Source: a virus (taxonomy: Duplodnaviria > Caudoviricetes). From it: a stretch of 64,000 nucleotides of DNA. The position numbers were made by a program, and so were the translations under genes. Each line of letters opens with the position of its first letter. Position 1 is the first letter of the stretch. Below, in pieces: positions 55,300 through 63,011 of this stretch. Under the pieces are notes generated by a model. That model saw only the letters and a list, made by a program, of their open reading frames with translations, made no database searches and had not been told where the DNA came from. The DNA is taken from the IMG/VR virus record IMGVR_UViG_3300010149_000008; one strand, given 5' to 3'.

Positions 55300-55815
55300 C
55301 TACTTAACTACAGACTTGTCATCAAGTGTTCCTTTTGAATGTTTTAAAACTAGTTCAGAAAAACCATTGAAATACAACTCATTTCCAGACAAAGTTTGTG
55401 AAGTGCCAAATATATAAGTTTCAGATCTAGCTTGTCTGCCTTTACTGTCTTTTGTATAGTCTAAAGAAAAGTCAAGATTTTGATTAAATACTAGAAAAAC
55501 TTTACCAAATTCTAAATCACTTAAAGGCCTGTGTACTATAGTAACCCACATTCCTTTTTTATAATCTTTAATCATACTTATTTCATCACAAATTTTCCTG
55601 CATTTGTCTATAATGTTTTGTTTGACGTTTCCCGATAGTAAAGGCAAAAGGTACTTTCTGTATTTAATTTTTTCATTTTCTAATGACTTAATAATATCGT
55701 AGAACTCATCCTCACAAATACCTATCCTATGCTTAAACTGGTTATTGTTCATCATTTTCTTCTTTTCAAATGTGATAATGTAAATTAAAAGTACTATAAC
55801 AAGCTGTATAAACAA
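55300..55815 (-). CDS. Hypothetical protein
   Basis: True start probably MMNNNQF. Confidence 0.6.
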   Translation of the reverse strand: MFIQLVIVLLIYIITFEKKKMMNNNQFKHRIGICEDEFYDIIKSLENEKIKYRKYLLPLLSGNVKQNIIDKCRKICDEISMIKDYKKGMWVTIVHRPLSDLEFGKVFLVFNQNLDFSLDYTKDSKGRQARSETYIFGTSQTLSGNELYFNGFSELVLKHSKGTLDDKSVVK

Positions 55816-56003
55816 TACTCTGTAATGTCACATGCGTTTGTTATCTCTTTAACAGTCTTTAGCTTTGTTTTAAGTGGCTTTACAATTTTAAGAGAAAAAC
55901 TTTCACCTGGATTGCTTTGGATGTGTTTGCTTATCTTGAAAGCGTGCTCTTTTAAAACACCTTCGAAAACTTTTTTATCGTTGTGAGTAAATATAAAAAA
56001 CAT
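55794..56003 (-). CDS. Hypothetical protein
   Basis: Leader cassette upstream. Confidence 0.65.
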   Translation of the reverse strand: MFFIFTHNDKKVFEGVLKEHAFKISKHIQSNPGESFSLKIVKPLKTKLKTVKEITNACDITEYCLYSLL

Positions 56004-56009
56004 ATTGTT

Positions 56010-56078
56010 TCCTTTTTGATTGTATGATTGAATGTATCTTATGATGTATTATAATACACTTTTAATCTAGCTTACACG
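56010..56078 (-). repeat. Promoter-leader-RBS cassette copy
   Basis: Near-identical to 54997-55066. Confidence 0.8.
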
Positions 56079-56265
56079 TTAATAACTTTATAAGCGTAAT
56101 TTTACTTTTTGAATATAAAATGTTTAGTTGCCTAACATGATTACTTTTATTTAGAACTAATAAGTAAATAGAATTTATGTCATGTCGTTCTGAAACTATT
56201 AATCCATAATAGTCGTTGTCACGTGATATGATATCTCCAACTTTAAAATGTTTGTTAGCATTCAA
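56062..56265 (-). CDS. Hypothetical protein
   Basis: FKVGDII small-protein pattern. Confidence 0.6.
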   Translation of the reverse strand: MNANKHFKVGDIISRDNDYYGLIVSERHDINSIYLLVLNKSNHVRQLNILYSKSKITLIKLLTCKLD

Positions 56266-56480
56266 TCATCATTTCCCACTTCCTCATTGCTTGCATCTAA
56301 TGCATCATACTTTGCTTTATATTCAGCATTGGTTGCTACGTCATATTCATCCTGACTAAACTCATATACATCATCTTCTGGTAGCCAATTTAAAAGACTG
56401 AACAGAACTTCTTTAGGATCTAATGTCTCGTTTTCTACTAAGTCTCTCATAATAATTGTATATTCTCTAGGCATTGGCAT
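56262..56480 (-). CDS. Acidic hypothetical protein (start revised to MPMPREY)
   Basis: AAGGA RBS. Confidence 0.6.
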   Translation of the reverse strand: MPMPREYTIIMRDLVENETLDPKEVLFSLLNWLPEDDVYEFSQDEYDVATNAEYKAKYDALDASNEEVGNDD

Positions 56481-56484
56481 ATTA

Positions 56485-56670
56485 TTATTTCCTTTCTTTT
56501 TTAATGACTTGTTTGTTTCGATCAATAGCTTCTTCTAGTTTCAAAGCTTCAACATGAACACCTTCATAACCTTGATCAGTATAGTCTCGAGCATATTCTC
56601 TTGCTTCAATGATGCTGTCGAAATAGTAATCATTAACTTCTTGTCCACCAACCCAAACAGTATACAGCAT
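56485..56670 (-). CDS. Conserved small phage protein
   Basis: YTVWVGGQEVNDYY. Confidence 0.7.
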   Translation of the reverse strand: MLYTVWVGGQEVNDYYFDSIIEAREYARDYTDQGYEGVHVEALKLEEAIDRNKQVIKKERK

Positions 56671-56900
56671 TAGTCTTCATCCTCTTCATCTTCTACATCA
56701 TCGAACTCTTCCAAGGTATCTTGCATGCTACACATACTGCCGCCAAGATAGCCATGATCTTCATCTAAAGCCATAGATATGTGTGCATACCAATAAGACT
56801 CAGCTCGAGCTCTTGCATGATCAGGAACAAGATCAAATGCCTCATCAAGTAGTTCTTTGATTTGCTCTTTTATTTCTTCAAATCTATATTTGTCTGACAT
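56670..56900 (-). CDS. Acidic hypothetical protein
   Basis: TAATG coupling. Confidence 0.7.
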   Translation of the reverse strand: MSDKYRFEEIKEQIKELLDEAFDLVPDHARARAESYWYAHISMALDEDHGYLGGSMCSMQDTLEEFDDVEDEEDED

Positions 56901-57355
56901 TACTTGTCCTCCATTTCAACTAACTCTTTAATCAAGTCTAAATCAATTAGTCTATCATTAACTTTAACTTTTATATGTGTATACTGATTGTAAAGATTTA
57001 CTTCACCTTTTTTCCAAAGCTCAACCTCTTCTTTAGAAGGATCATTAAAACTTTCTGTAACATTTCTCAATACAATAAAGTCACAGTCAGAATAACTAAA
57101 GTTTTCTTTTATAAACTCTTCAAAAGTATCGTATTGTGAATAGTTTTTTAACACATTTTCAATGGCAGCTTTTAGACCTGAGCTTAAAAAGTCAGGATTA
57201 GTATCAAATGATCTTTCGTAAAATGATGTAGTATGATAAACTTCTTCTAACTCTCCTTCTTCATAAGTGTCTAGTATAGTAGATCTATCACAAACAATAC
57301 TTACAGTATAGTCTTCACATATTGCATTGTTTAGTTTTTGAATTGTTGAATTCAT
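56900..57355 (-). CDS. Hypothetical protein
   Basis: Leader cassette upstream; TAATG coupling. Confidence 0.7.
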   Translation of the reverse strand: MNSTIQKLNNAICEDYTVSIVCDRSTILDTYEEGELEEVYHTTSFYERSFDTNPDFLSSGLKAAIENVLKNYSQYDTFEEFIKENFSYSDCDFIVLRNVTESFNDPSKEEVELWKKGEVNLYNQYTHIKVKVNDRLIDLDLIKELVEMEDK

Positions 57356-57363
57356 ATATTATA

Positions 57364-57433
57364 TCCTTTTTGATTAAATGATTGAATGTACCTTATGATA
57401 TATTATAATATGAAATTAATCTTACTTGCACGT
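57364..57433 (-). repeat. Promoter-leader-RBS cassette copy
   Basis: Near-identical to 54997-55066. Confidence 0.8.
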
Positions 57434-57512
57434 AATTAAGCTAAAATAATTCTATCTTTTTTAAGATGACACAAACTATGAGACTGTTGACGATACAGGA
57501 GCTTAATACTTT

Positions 57513-57839
57513 CTAGTCACTTTGCTTTAAGTCATCTAAACATGTAATACTAAAGCATTTTTCGTTTTTGTAAACGCTTAAGCAATAAGTGTCGTTGTTT
57601 TTATCAATCCATAAGATCATTCCAGCTAAAAATCTTGGCATGCCAAAGTTTTTCGTATATTCATCTATCATATTATTTACTTCTGTAAGGCTTAAATTCT
57701 TAAATAAGTTACTAGTGCCTAAATTGTTTTTACCTCTAACTATGTCAGAAGTAAAGTCTATGTCATAGATGTTGTTCATTCTAATGTCACATGCTCCAAT
57801 AAGTTTCTGAACTGGGTGAACAGTAATAAGGTAAATCAT
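57513..57839 (-). CDS. Hypothetical protein
   Basis: Start uncertain (likely MNNIYD). Confidence 0.55.
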   Translation of the reverse strand: MIYLITVHPVQKLIGACDIRMNNIYDIDFTSDIVRGKNNLGTSNLFKNLSLTEVNNMIDEYTKNFGMPRFLAGMILWIDKNNDTYCLSVYKNEKCFSITCLDDLKQSD

Positions 57840-58098
57840 ATCTTTCTTGGTATTCTTTTCCAGACATTAAGTTCTTTTTTGTCACATAAGTCTCATGAAT
57901 TTCTGTAACAAACTTTAAACGTTCTGGATAACCAGTTCTACAAAGTTCTTCAAGCTCTTCTCGAGTCTTGCCTTCATAGTCTTGTTTTAAAACAAATCTT
58001 AATCCGGGCTTGTTGTTTCCCCATCTAACAGACTCAGAACGATTAGTAATACGCTTGTCTTTTTTGTAGACTTCAACAGTAAGATTTTTGTTACTCAT
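57787..58098 (-). CDS. Conserved small phage protein
   Basis: C-terminal KKNLMSGKEYQE..DLPYYCSPSSETYWSM. Confidence 0.75.
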   Translation of the reverse strand: MSNKNLTVEVYKKDKRITNRSESVRWGNNKPGLRFVLKQDYEGKTREELEELCRTGYPERLKFVTEIHETYVTKKNLMSGKEYQERYDLPYYCSPSSETYWSM

Positions 58099-58167
58099 TA
58101 TATTTTCCTTATAAATGTTTGTTTTGTATACATCTTTTGTTTTATTATAACTATAAGTTTATATAAA

Positions 58168-58620
58168 TTACATGCACTCAGTCCAATGCTCTCCTGTTTC
58201 CTCTCCCCAGAAATTTCTAGGTGCAAGTAGTTGTCCGCTACTATTGTAATCTGCTCTACACTTACTACAAGTATTCGTAAAGCTGCCTAAACTCAACCAT
58301 ACATCACAACACTTAATTTGTGCTGATACTCTGTAAGAAAATTCGTTTTCATAATAACCTAACTTGTAATCTCCACTCTCTAACACCTCAAGATAATTCT
58401 GATAACCTAAATCGTTCTCTTCTTTCCACTTGCCTAAACCCATATCTTTAAAAAGCTGCTTGCGAGAAGCAACATAAGATTTATGAAAAACATCAACACT
58501 TTCAGAATAATCATCTCCATGCACCTCAAAGTTACAGATACCTTCGAAATCATGACTCATGTAAGTTGTTCTCTGATAACTCGTCTTTGTATGTGCAGGT
58601 ATAAAATTATCGTTGCGCAT
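58168..58620 (-). CDS. Hypothetical protein with C-terminal Zn-ribbon-like motif
   Basis: CC...CSKCRADYNSSGQLLAPR.FWGEETGE. Confidence 0.7.
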   Translation of the reverse strand: MRNDNFIPAHTKTSYQRTTYMSHDFEGICNFEVHGDDYSESVDVFHKSYVASRKQLFKDMGLGKWKEENDLGYQNYLEVLESGDYKLGYYENEFSYRVSAQIKCCDVWLSLGSFTNTCSKCRADYNSSGQLLAPRNFWGEETGEHWTECM

Positions 58621-58686
58621 TTTATTATCCTTTTGAATGAATGATTGTTTTACCTTATAATATATTACAAAAGCTTCTTGATCTGT

Positions 58687-58926
58687 TTATTCTACACTCG
58701 CCCAAATATCTTGCTCAAGATCAAAAGACACATAGCCTTCTTGCAATAACTCATCAAGCGAATTAAAAACATGAGACTTGTTAATCTGAGCATGTTCTTC
58801 AGAGTCTTTCTTATTAAAAACTTTATCACATATTTCGCTTAGAGATATACCTTTTACTCCACCAGAGTTGATAGCATTAAATACTCTATTTTTAATCTCT
58901 TCTTTCATATTATTTAAAATTGCCAT
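58687..58926 (-). CDS. Small winged-helix-like protein
   Basis: GISLSEICDKV...VFNSLDELLQEGYV. Confidence 0.5.
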   Translation of the reverse strand: MAILNNMKEEIKNRVFNAINSGGVKGISLSEICDKVFNKKDSEEHAQINKSHVFNSLDELLQEGYVSFDLEQDIWASVE

Positions 58927-58934
58927 AATAAAAA

Positions 58935-58997
58935 TCCTTTTTGTAAATGTTAATGCCTTATGGTATATTATAATATGATATTAATCTAATTTACACG
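58935..58997 (-). repeat. Promoter-leader-RBS cassette copy
   Basis: Near-identical to 53180-53247. Confidence 0.75.
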
Positions 58998-59010
58998 ATG
59001 AGAGTTAATC

Positions 59011-59391
59011 CTATGATTTAATATCTCGAGCTTTAAACCAGTTTTGCAAAGTAAAGACATGTTGTTCCATACTTGATACAAGGTCTTCTCGTTCATAAGC
59101 AAGTTCAGTATCAATTACATATTCTACTTTATGAGTACATAGAATAGCTTTTAGAGCTGCTTGTCCTTCTTCCCAATATTCACCCATATGAAATGGAATG
59201 TTGTTAACTGAAGATGGCCAGCATTCTTCATTAAACATCTCTTTAGCTTCAGCAAGATCTTGTGGACCACTGCCTGCTTCTGTTACAAGAACAACATCAC
59301 CACTTTCGTAGTTGATATGACCTATACCAGATGGAATTGATCGATAGTCAACTCTAAAATATGTAGAACTTAGTAGACGCTTAATAATCAT
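59011..59391 (-). CDS. Hypothetical protein
   Basis: AAGGA RBS. Confidence 0.7.
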   Translation of the reverse strand: MIIKRLLSSTYFRVDYRSIPSGIGHINYESGDVVLVTEAGSGPQDLAEAKEMFNEECWPSSVNNIPFHMGEYWEEGQAALKAILCTHKVEYVIDTELAYEREDLVSSMEQHVFTLQNWFKARDIKS

Positions 59392-59448
59392 TTAAAATCC
59401 TTTGCTTGTTGCTGTTGATGATGTATTTTAATATAAAGTTAATCTTAC

Positions 59449-59733
59449 TTACACGTTACTTAGTTCTCTCCAGACCCAACCAAATCTATTACTAAGATCT
59501 TCAATGTCTTCTCCTAAAAACAATTCAACACCACTGTTGTTAGGATATACTATAAACTTTATGCTGCTAATAGCTCTATAACTATTCAGCATATCAATCT
59601 CACGCATTAAAGTATCAGCTATTAGCGAGGCAAAGAAATAGTTTGATGATTTGTTTCTATTTGTTTTTACTTCTAATAACTTTTCTTTAAACTCTTCAAC
59701 TGAAGAGACACTAAACAGTATATCCTTAATCAT
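59449..59733 (-). CDS. Hypothetical protein
   Basis: Stop embedded in the next promoter's -35 box. Confidence 0.65.
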   Translation of the reverse strand: MIKDILFSVSSVEEFKEKLLEVKTNRNKSSNYFFASLIADTLMREIDMLNSYRAISSIKFIVYPNNSGVELFLGEDIEDLSNRFGWVWRELSNV

Positions 59734-59787
59734 GTCTTTACTCTTTACTCATTTAATCTTAATTTAAACGAATTCATATTAAATTAA

Positions 59788-60168
59788 TTAGAATACGCTA
59801 GCATTTCCATTCATAACCCATTCACAGACTATTTCTTCTCCCATTTGACCACCGTACTCATTAAAGAAGTTTCGTGCAATCTGTTTTCCCTCTTCTAAGT
59901 TAATAGGAGCTCGAGCCATTTCAGACCCATTGTATACTGTAAGATTACCATACTCAGCGTTATCTGTGACAACGAAGTCTAGACCCGGAATATAATAACG
60001 ATCGTAGTTGTCGTAGCAAAAGTAACGTTTTGAATTACCAGAGTTGTGCGAACCAATATAGAGAGTGTCGTCTGATTCGACTTGAGTACTTGGTGAGTTC
60101 TTTACTGTTTCAATAAGATCATTCCACTGTGTTAAAGTAATTTGATTATTTGTTGCTTCACCATTCAT
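59788..60168 (-). CDS. Hypothetical protein
   Basis: Promoter and AAGGA upstream. Confidence 0.7.
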   Translation of the reverse strand: MNGEATNNQITLTQWNDLIETVKNSPSTQVESDDTLYIGSHNSGNSKRYFCYDNYDRYYIPGLDFVVTDNAEYGNLTVYNGSEMARAPINLEEGKQIARNFFNEYGGQMGEEIVCEWVMNGNASVF

Positions 60169-60210
60169 AAATTAATTCCTTTTGTACATTATATGATGCG
60201 TTGATATATT

Positions 60211-60240
60211 ATTATAATAAATTAATAAACAAATATACAC
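60211..60240 (-). promoter_or_regulatory. Promoter (GTGTAT-N18-TATAAT)
   Basis: Recurrent motif. Confidence 0.75.
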
Positions 60241-60242
60241 GC

Positions 60243-60557
60243 TTAATTAACTTCTTTAATCTTGCCTTCTATATTAACTCTTAACTTGTCGTTAGTATAA
60301 CATCCCATGCTGTTCTCATGATAAATACCTTCTAAATCTCTAAATCTATATACACCACTTCTTGATCCATAACTATTTCTCCAAGACTTACTACTAACTA
60401 CATGTCTCATAACATGTCCTAAAGGATGCTTGCAAAAGATTACATAGTTAATAAACTCTTCTTCTTCCACTTCTTCAACATTAGAATCAGAATGATTGCA
60501 TGCAGCTGTAAATAATAACATCAAAATAATAAAAACCTTACTCATCAAATACTCCAA
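60243..60557 (-). CDS. Putative lipoprotein
   Basis: MSKVFIILMLLFTAA|C. Confidence 0.65.
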   Translation of the reverse strand: MEYLMSKVFIILMLLFTAACNHSDSNVEEVEEEEFINYVIFCKHPLGHVMRHVVSSKSWRNSYGSRSGVYRFRDLEGIYHENSMGCYTNDKLRVNIEGKIKEVN

Positions 60558-60571
60558 TCAGATTAGATACA

Positions 60572-60859
60572 CTATTTTAAACTACTAACACCATAATCCA
60601 CAGATAACTTTTGCAAGTCATACTCGAGTCTATGCAAACCTAAACCATTAGAAGTCTCCATGAAAAGCTTAAGCAATCCTGCAACAGCAAAATCATTTGC
60701 TTGAACATCATCATATCCATCCTCTTCAGAATTATTCACTATCTGCATAACTACATCAGATAACAAATCTTTAGACACTTCAATATGCTCATGTCCAGCA
60801 TAAAGCCCTAATGCTCTATCTCCAACTTCATTGCTATATCTCATACTAAAACCTTTCAA
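60572..60859 (-). CDS. Hypothetical protein
   Basis: Co-oriented ORF; start uncertain. Confidence 0.6.
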   Translation of the reverse strand: MKGFSMRYSNEVGDRALGLYAGHEHIEVSKDLLSDVVMQIVNNSEEDGYDDVQANDFAVAGLLKLFMETSNGLGLHRLEYDLQKLSVDYGVSSLK

Positions 60860-60890
60860 AAGCTGTTAAAATAAAAATATATAAATTACT

Positions 60891-61115
60891 CTACTTCATC
60901 ATCCTCTTAAGCTCATAATACTCGCTGTTAAACATACTATGCAAACTACACTTACCTAACTTCAACCTATCACCAGGCTCCATCTTACCCACATACGTAG
61001 TCAATCCTCCACTCTCACAAACTGTTACCTTAACTTCATTATTCAAGTCTAACCAAACTAAAAACACAACCAATAACAAAAAACATACTATACTAAATTT
61101 CTCGCTAAACATCAT
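60891..61115 (-). CDS. Small membrane-anchored protein
   Basis: N-terminal TM segment. Confidence 0.6.
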   Translation of the reverse strand: MMFSEKFSIVCFLLLVVFLVWLDLNNEVKVTVCESGGLTTYVGKMEPGDRLKLGKCSLHSMFNSEYYELKRMMK

Positions 61116-61379
61116 AATCTAATCTCCAATCATAAATAATTAAAATAACTAAATACACCTAACTCTCTCATTATAAACAAATATATGTCTACTTAACACG
61201 CACTCAATTCAAATCTCATATCCCTTCAATCCACAATATCAACGCTAAAAAACTAAACGTCACTAACATCACTTCTAAAAACTCATACATCACCTCATCT
61301 CAACCAGTAATGTAACTCTTCAAAACTCCTCAACTCAGGCTCAATACTTCCACTCATATCTCTTTATAACCCTTCTTCT

Positions 61380-61620
61380 TTATTACCACCTGTCAACAAC
61401 AAGTGGCTGTATTTAATCTCTGTTAACGTTAATATATAAACACAACAGTTAATACATAAACGACGTAAAATGTAAAACAGAATAAACCAGAGAATAACTG
61501 CAATATAATCTGACTAGCACACGGGACTTAGCTCTAGACACACTCTGATTTGATTAGACTTTTATATATAAAATGACTGGGCGACGCGTGAGAGCGTGCG
61601 ATGTCATGGCGGTGTGTCAG
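61380..61620. other. Non-coding interval at a G/C skew inversion (candidate origin or genome-end junction)
   Basis: Skew flip; palindromes TTAACGTTAA (61423-61432) and TTTTATATATAAAA (61560-61573). Confidence 0.45.
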
Positions 61621-61850
61621 TGATGTGTTTTGTGGTATTCTTCGAAGTCGTAGTTTACGTTTTCAAAGCTTTCTTGAACGTGTACAGACTTTCCGCTATC
61701 GAAGTGTACCCAGCAGCTTTCATTGCTTGTTTCTGAATTGTTATTTTGTGTTTGTGGTGAAACATGTTCGATAACGTGAGAGACGCTAGCCATTGATACT
61801 GTCATTCTGCTGCCGCTATTAACTGTGACGTATGAAGTAAGTGATGTCAT
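61617..61850 (-). CDS. Small protein, FlbD-like beta fold possible (start revised to MTSLTS)
   Basis: AAGGA RBS; VSHVIE...VHFDSGKSVHVQESFENV. Confidence 0.55.
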   Translation of the reverse strand: MTSLTSYVTVNSGSRMTVSMASVSHVIEHVSPQTQNNNSETSNESCWVHFDSGKSVHVQESFENVNYDFEEYHKTHH

Positions 61851-61921
61851 ATGTATAATCCTTTGATATGTATGTTTTGTTGTTTTGTACAAATAAGTTT
61901 TGTTTGTTATAGTATAATAGA

Positions 61922-62182
61922 TTAAAGAGATAGAAAAGATGTATTAGCTGTTTCTACAGTTTCGTTTGTTTCATTATCGATGACCGTCATTTCTATCTGT
62001 TTGTTTTCCAAGTCCCATCTTAAACAGTTGTGTTCGTCTGTTATAGGTGAAGTAAGTTCGCATAACAAGTCAATTTTTTTATTAACAGCTTCTTTATTAA
62101 CCCTAGGGTAATATTCAGTTTTAGGAAGTTGTTTTTTGTTTGCCGGTAATGAAGTGTGTATGATGTATACTCTGTATTGCAT
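61922..62182 (-). CDS. Hypothetical protein
   Basis: Promoter motif at 62228-62257 upstream. Confidence 0.65.
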   Translation of the reverse strand: MQYRVYIIHTSLPANKKQLPKTEYYPRVNKEAVNKKIDLLCELTSPITDEHNCLRWDLENKQIEMTVIDNETNETVETANTSFLSL

Positions 62183-62461
62183 ATAGTTAATATTCTTTTT
62201 GTAGATTTGTTTGAATGATGTTATATTATATAATGATGATTAAACAATGTGCACGTATTGTGCGAGGACGAAGCTGGAGGTGGCTGAGCCGAATAAGCTA
62301 TTAGCCGGGCTCGGAGTGAGCATTGTGAATGTGTGCACTGAGAAGAAAAGCTGCTTTCTCGTTGTGGAGGTACAATAGAGCGTTTATTATTTTGTTTGCG
62401 CTCATACATAGCAAGCTTATAAAAGAATTCTTTTGCGTCACAGTTTAAAGAAAAAAGGTTC

Positions 62462-62490
62462 ATTATAATCTCTTTTAGCTAATATTACAC
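62462..62490 (-). promoter_or_regulatory. Promoter (GTGTAA-N17-TATAAT)
   Basis: Recurrent motif. Confidence 0.7.
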
Positions 62491-62540
62491 GCCGCGCGAC
62501 GACGCGAAAGGTTAGAAACACGGTTAACGTTGGCATAGTG

Positions 62541-62569
62541 AAGCAGCTCAGTTCGCGATAGAGCTGCTT
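62541..62569 (-). terminator. Hairpin after 62597 ORF
   Basis: AAGCAGCTC-11nt-GAGCTGCTT 9-bp stem. Confidence 0.55.
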
Positions 62570-62596
62570 GATTACTGCTTTTTGCGGGGGCTGGAG

Positions 62597-62866
62597 TCAA
62601 TTATTGTTTAGATACATATTGCTGAACTTTATCTGCATCTCTGTAGGGACATCGTACGAGTCTTTACTGACTGCGAGCGGGATATCGCCGAACGTGTCGA
62701 AAGCTTGGATGACTGATAAGACTGTTGCGACATTGGGGATAACGCGCGTTCCGTCTTTAAGATAGTGAGGAATGATAAAGCGATAATGTTGAGCACGTTC
62801 TATGATGTTATCTTTTTTAGAAGCTGATAGACCTTGTGGTATTGACCACGTTGCGAAGTCAGACAT
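62597..62866 (-). CDS. Hypothetical protein (start revised to MSDFATW)
   Basis: Promoter at 62910-62939 and AAAGGA RBS lie inside the longer ORF. Confidence 0.7.
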   Translation of the reverse strand: MSDFATWSIPQGLSASKKDNIIERAQHYRFIIPHYLKDGTRVIPNVATVLSVIQAFDTFGDIPLAVSKDSYDVPTEMQIKFSNMYLNNN

Positions 62867-62909
62867 AGATATATCCTTTGTGTGTTGGTATGTATAGCCT
62901 AGAGAGTAT

Positions 62910-62939
62910 ATTATACTTCTAGGTAGTGTCACTGTGCAC
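62910..62939 (-). promoter_or_regulatory. Promoter (GTGCAC-N18-TATAAT)
   Basis: Recurrent motif. Confidence 0.7.
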
Positions 62940-62992
62940 GTCACGTGACGACGCAGCGGGTGGTAGTTATGCCGGGAAGATGAGTTATATTA

Positions 62993-63006
62993 AAGGCCGT
63001 AGCCTT
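62993..63006 (-). terminator. Terminator hairpin with C(UACG)G tetraloop
   Basis: AAGGC-TACG-GCCTT just after the 63012 stop. Confidence 0.65.
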
Positions 63007-63011
63007 AAGAC

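Noticed and set aside
62221-62463. 80-aa ORF as a confident gene
   Set aside because: Atypical composition and it contains the next promoter in its 3' end; it does have a promoter upstream, so it may be a real short gene or a leader, but support is insufficient.
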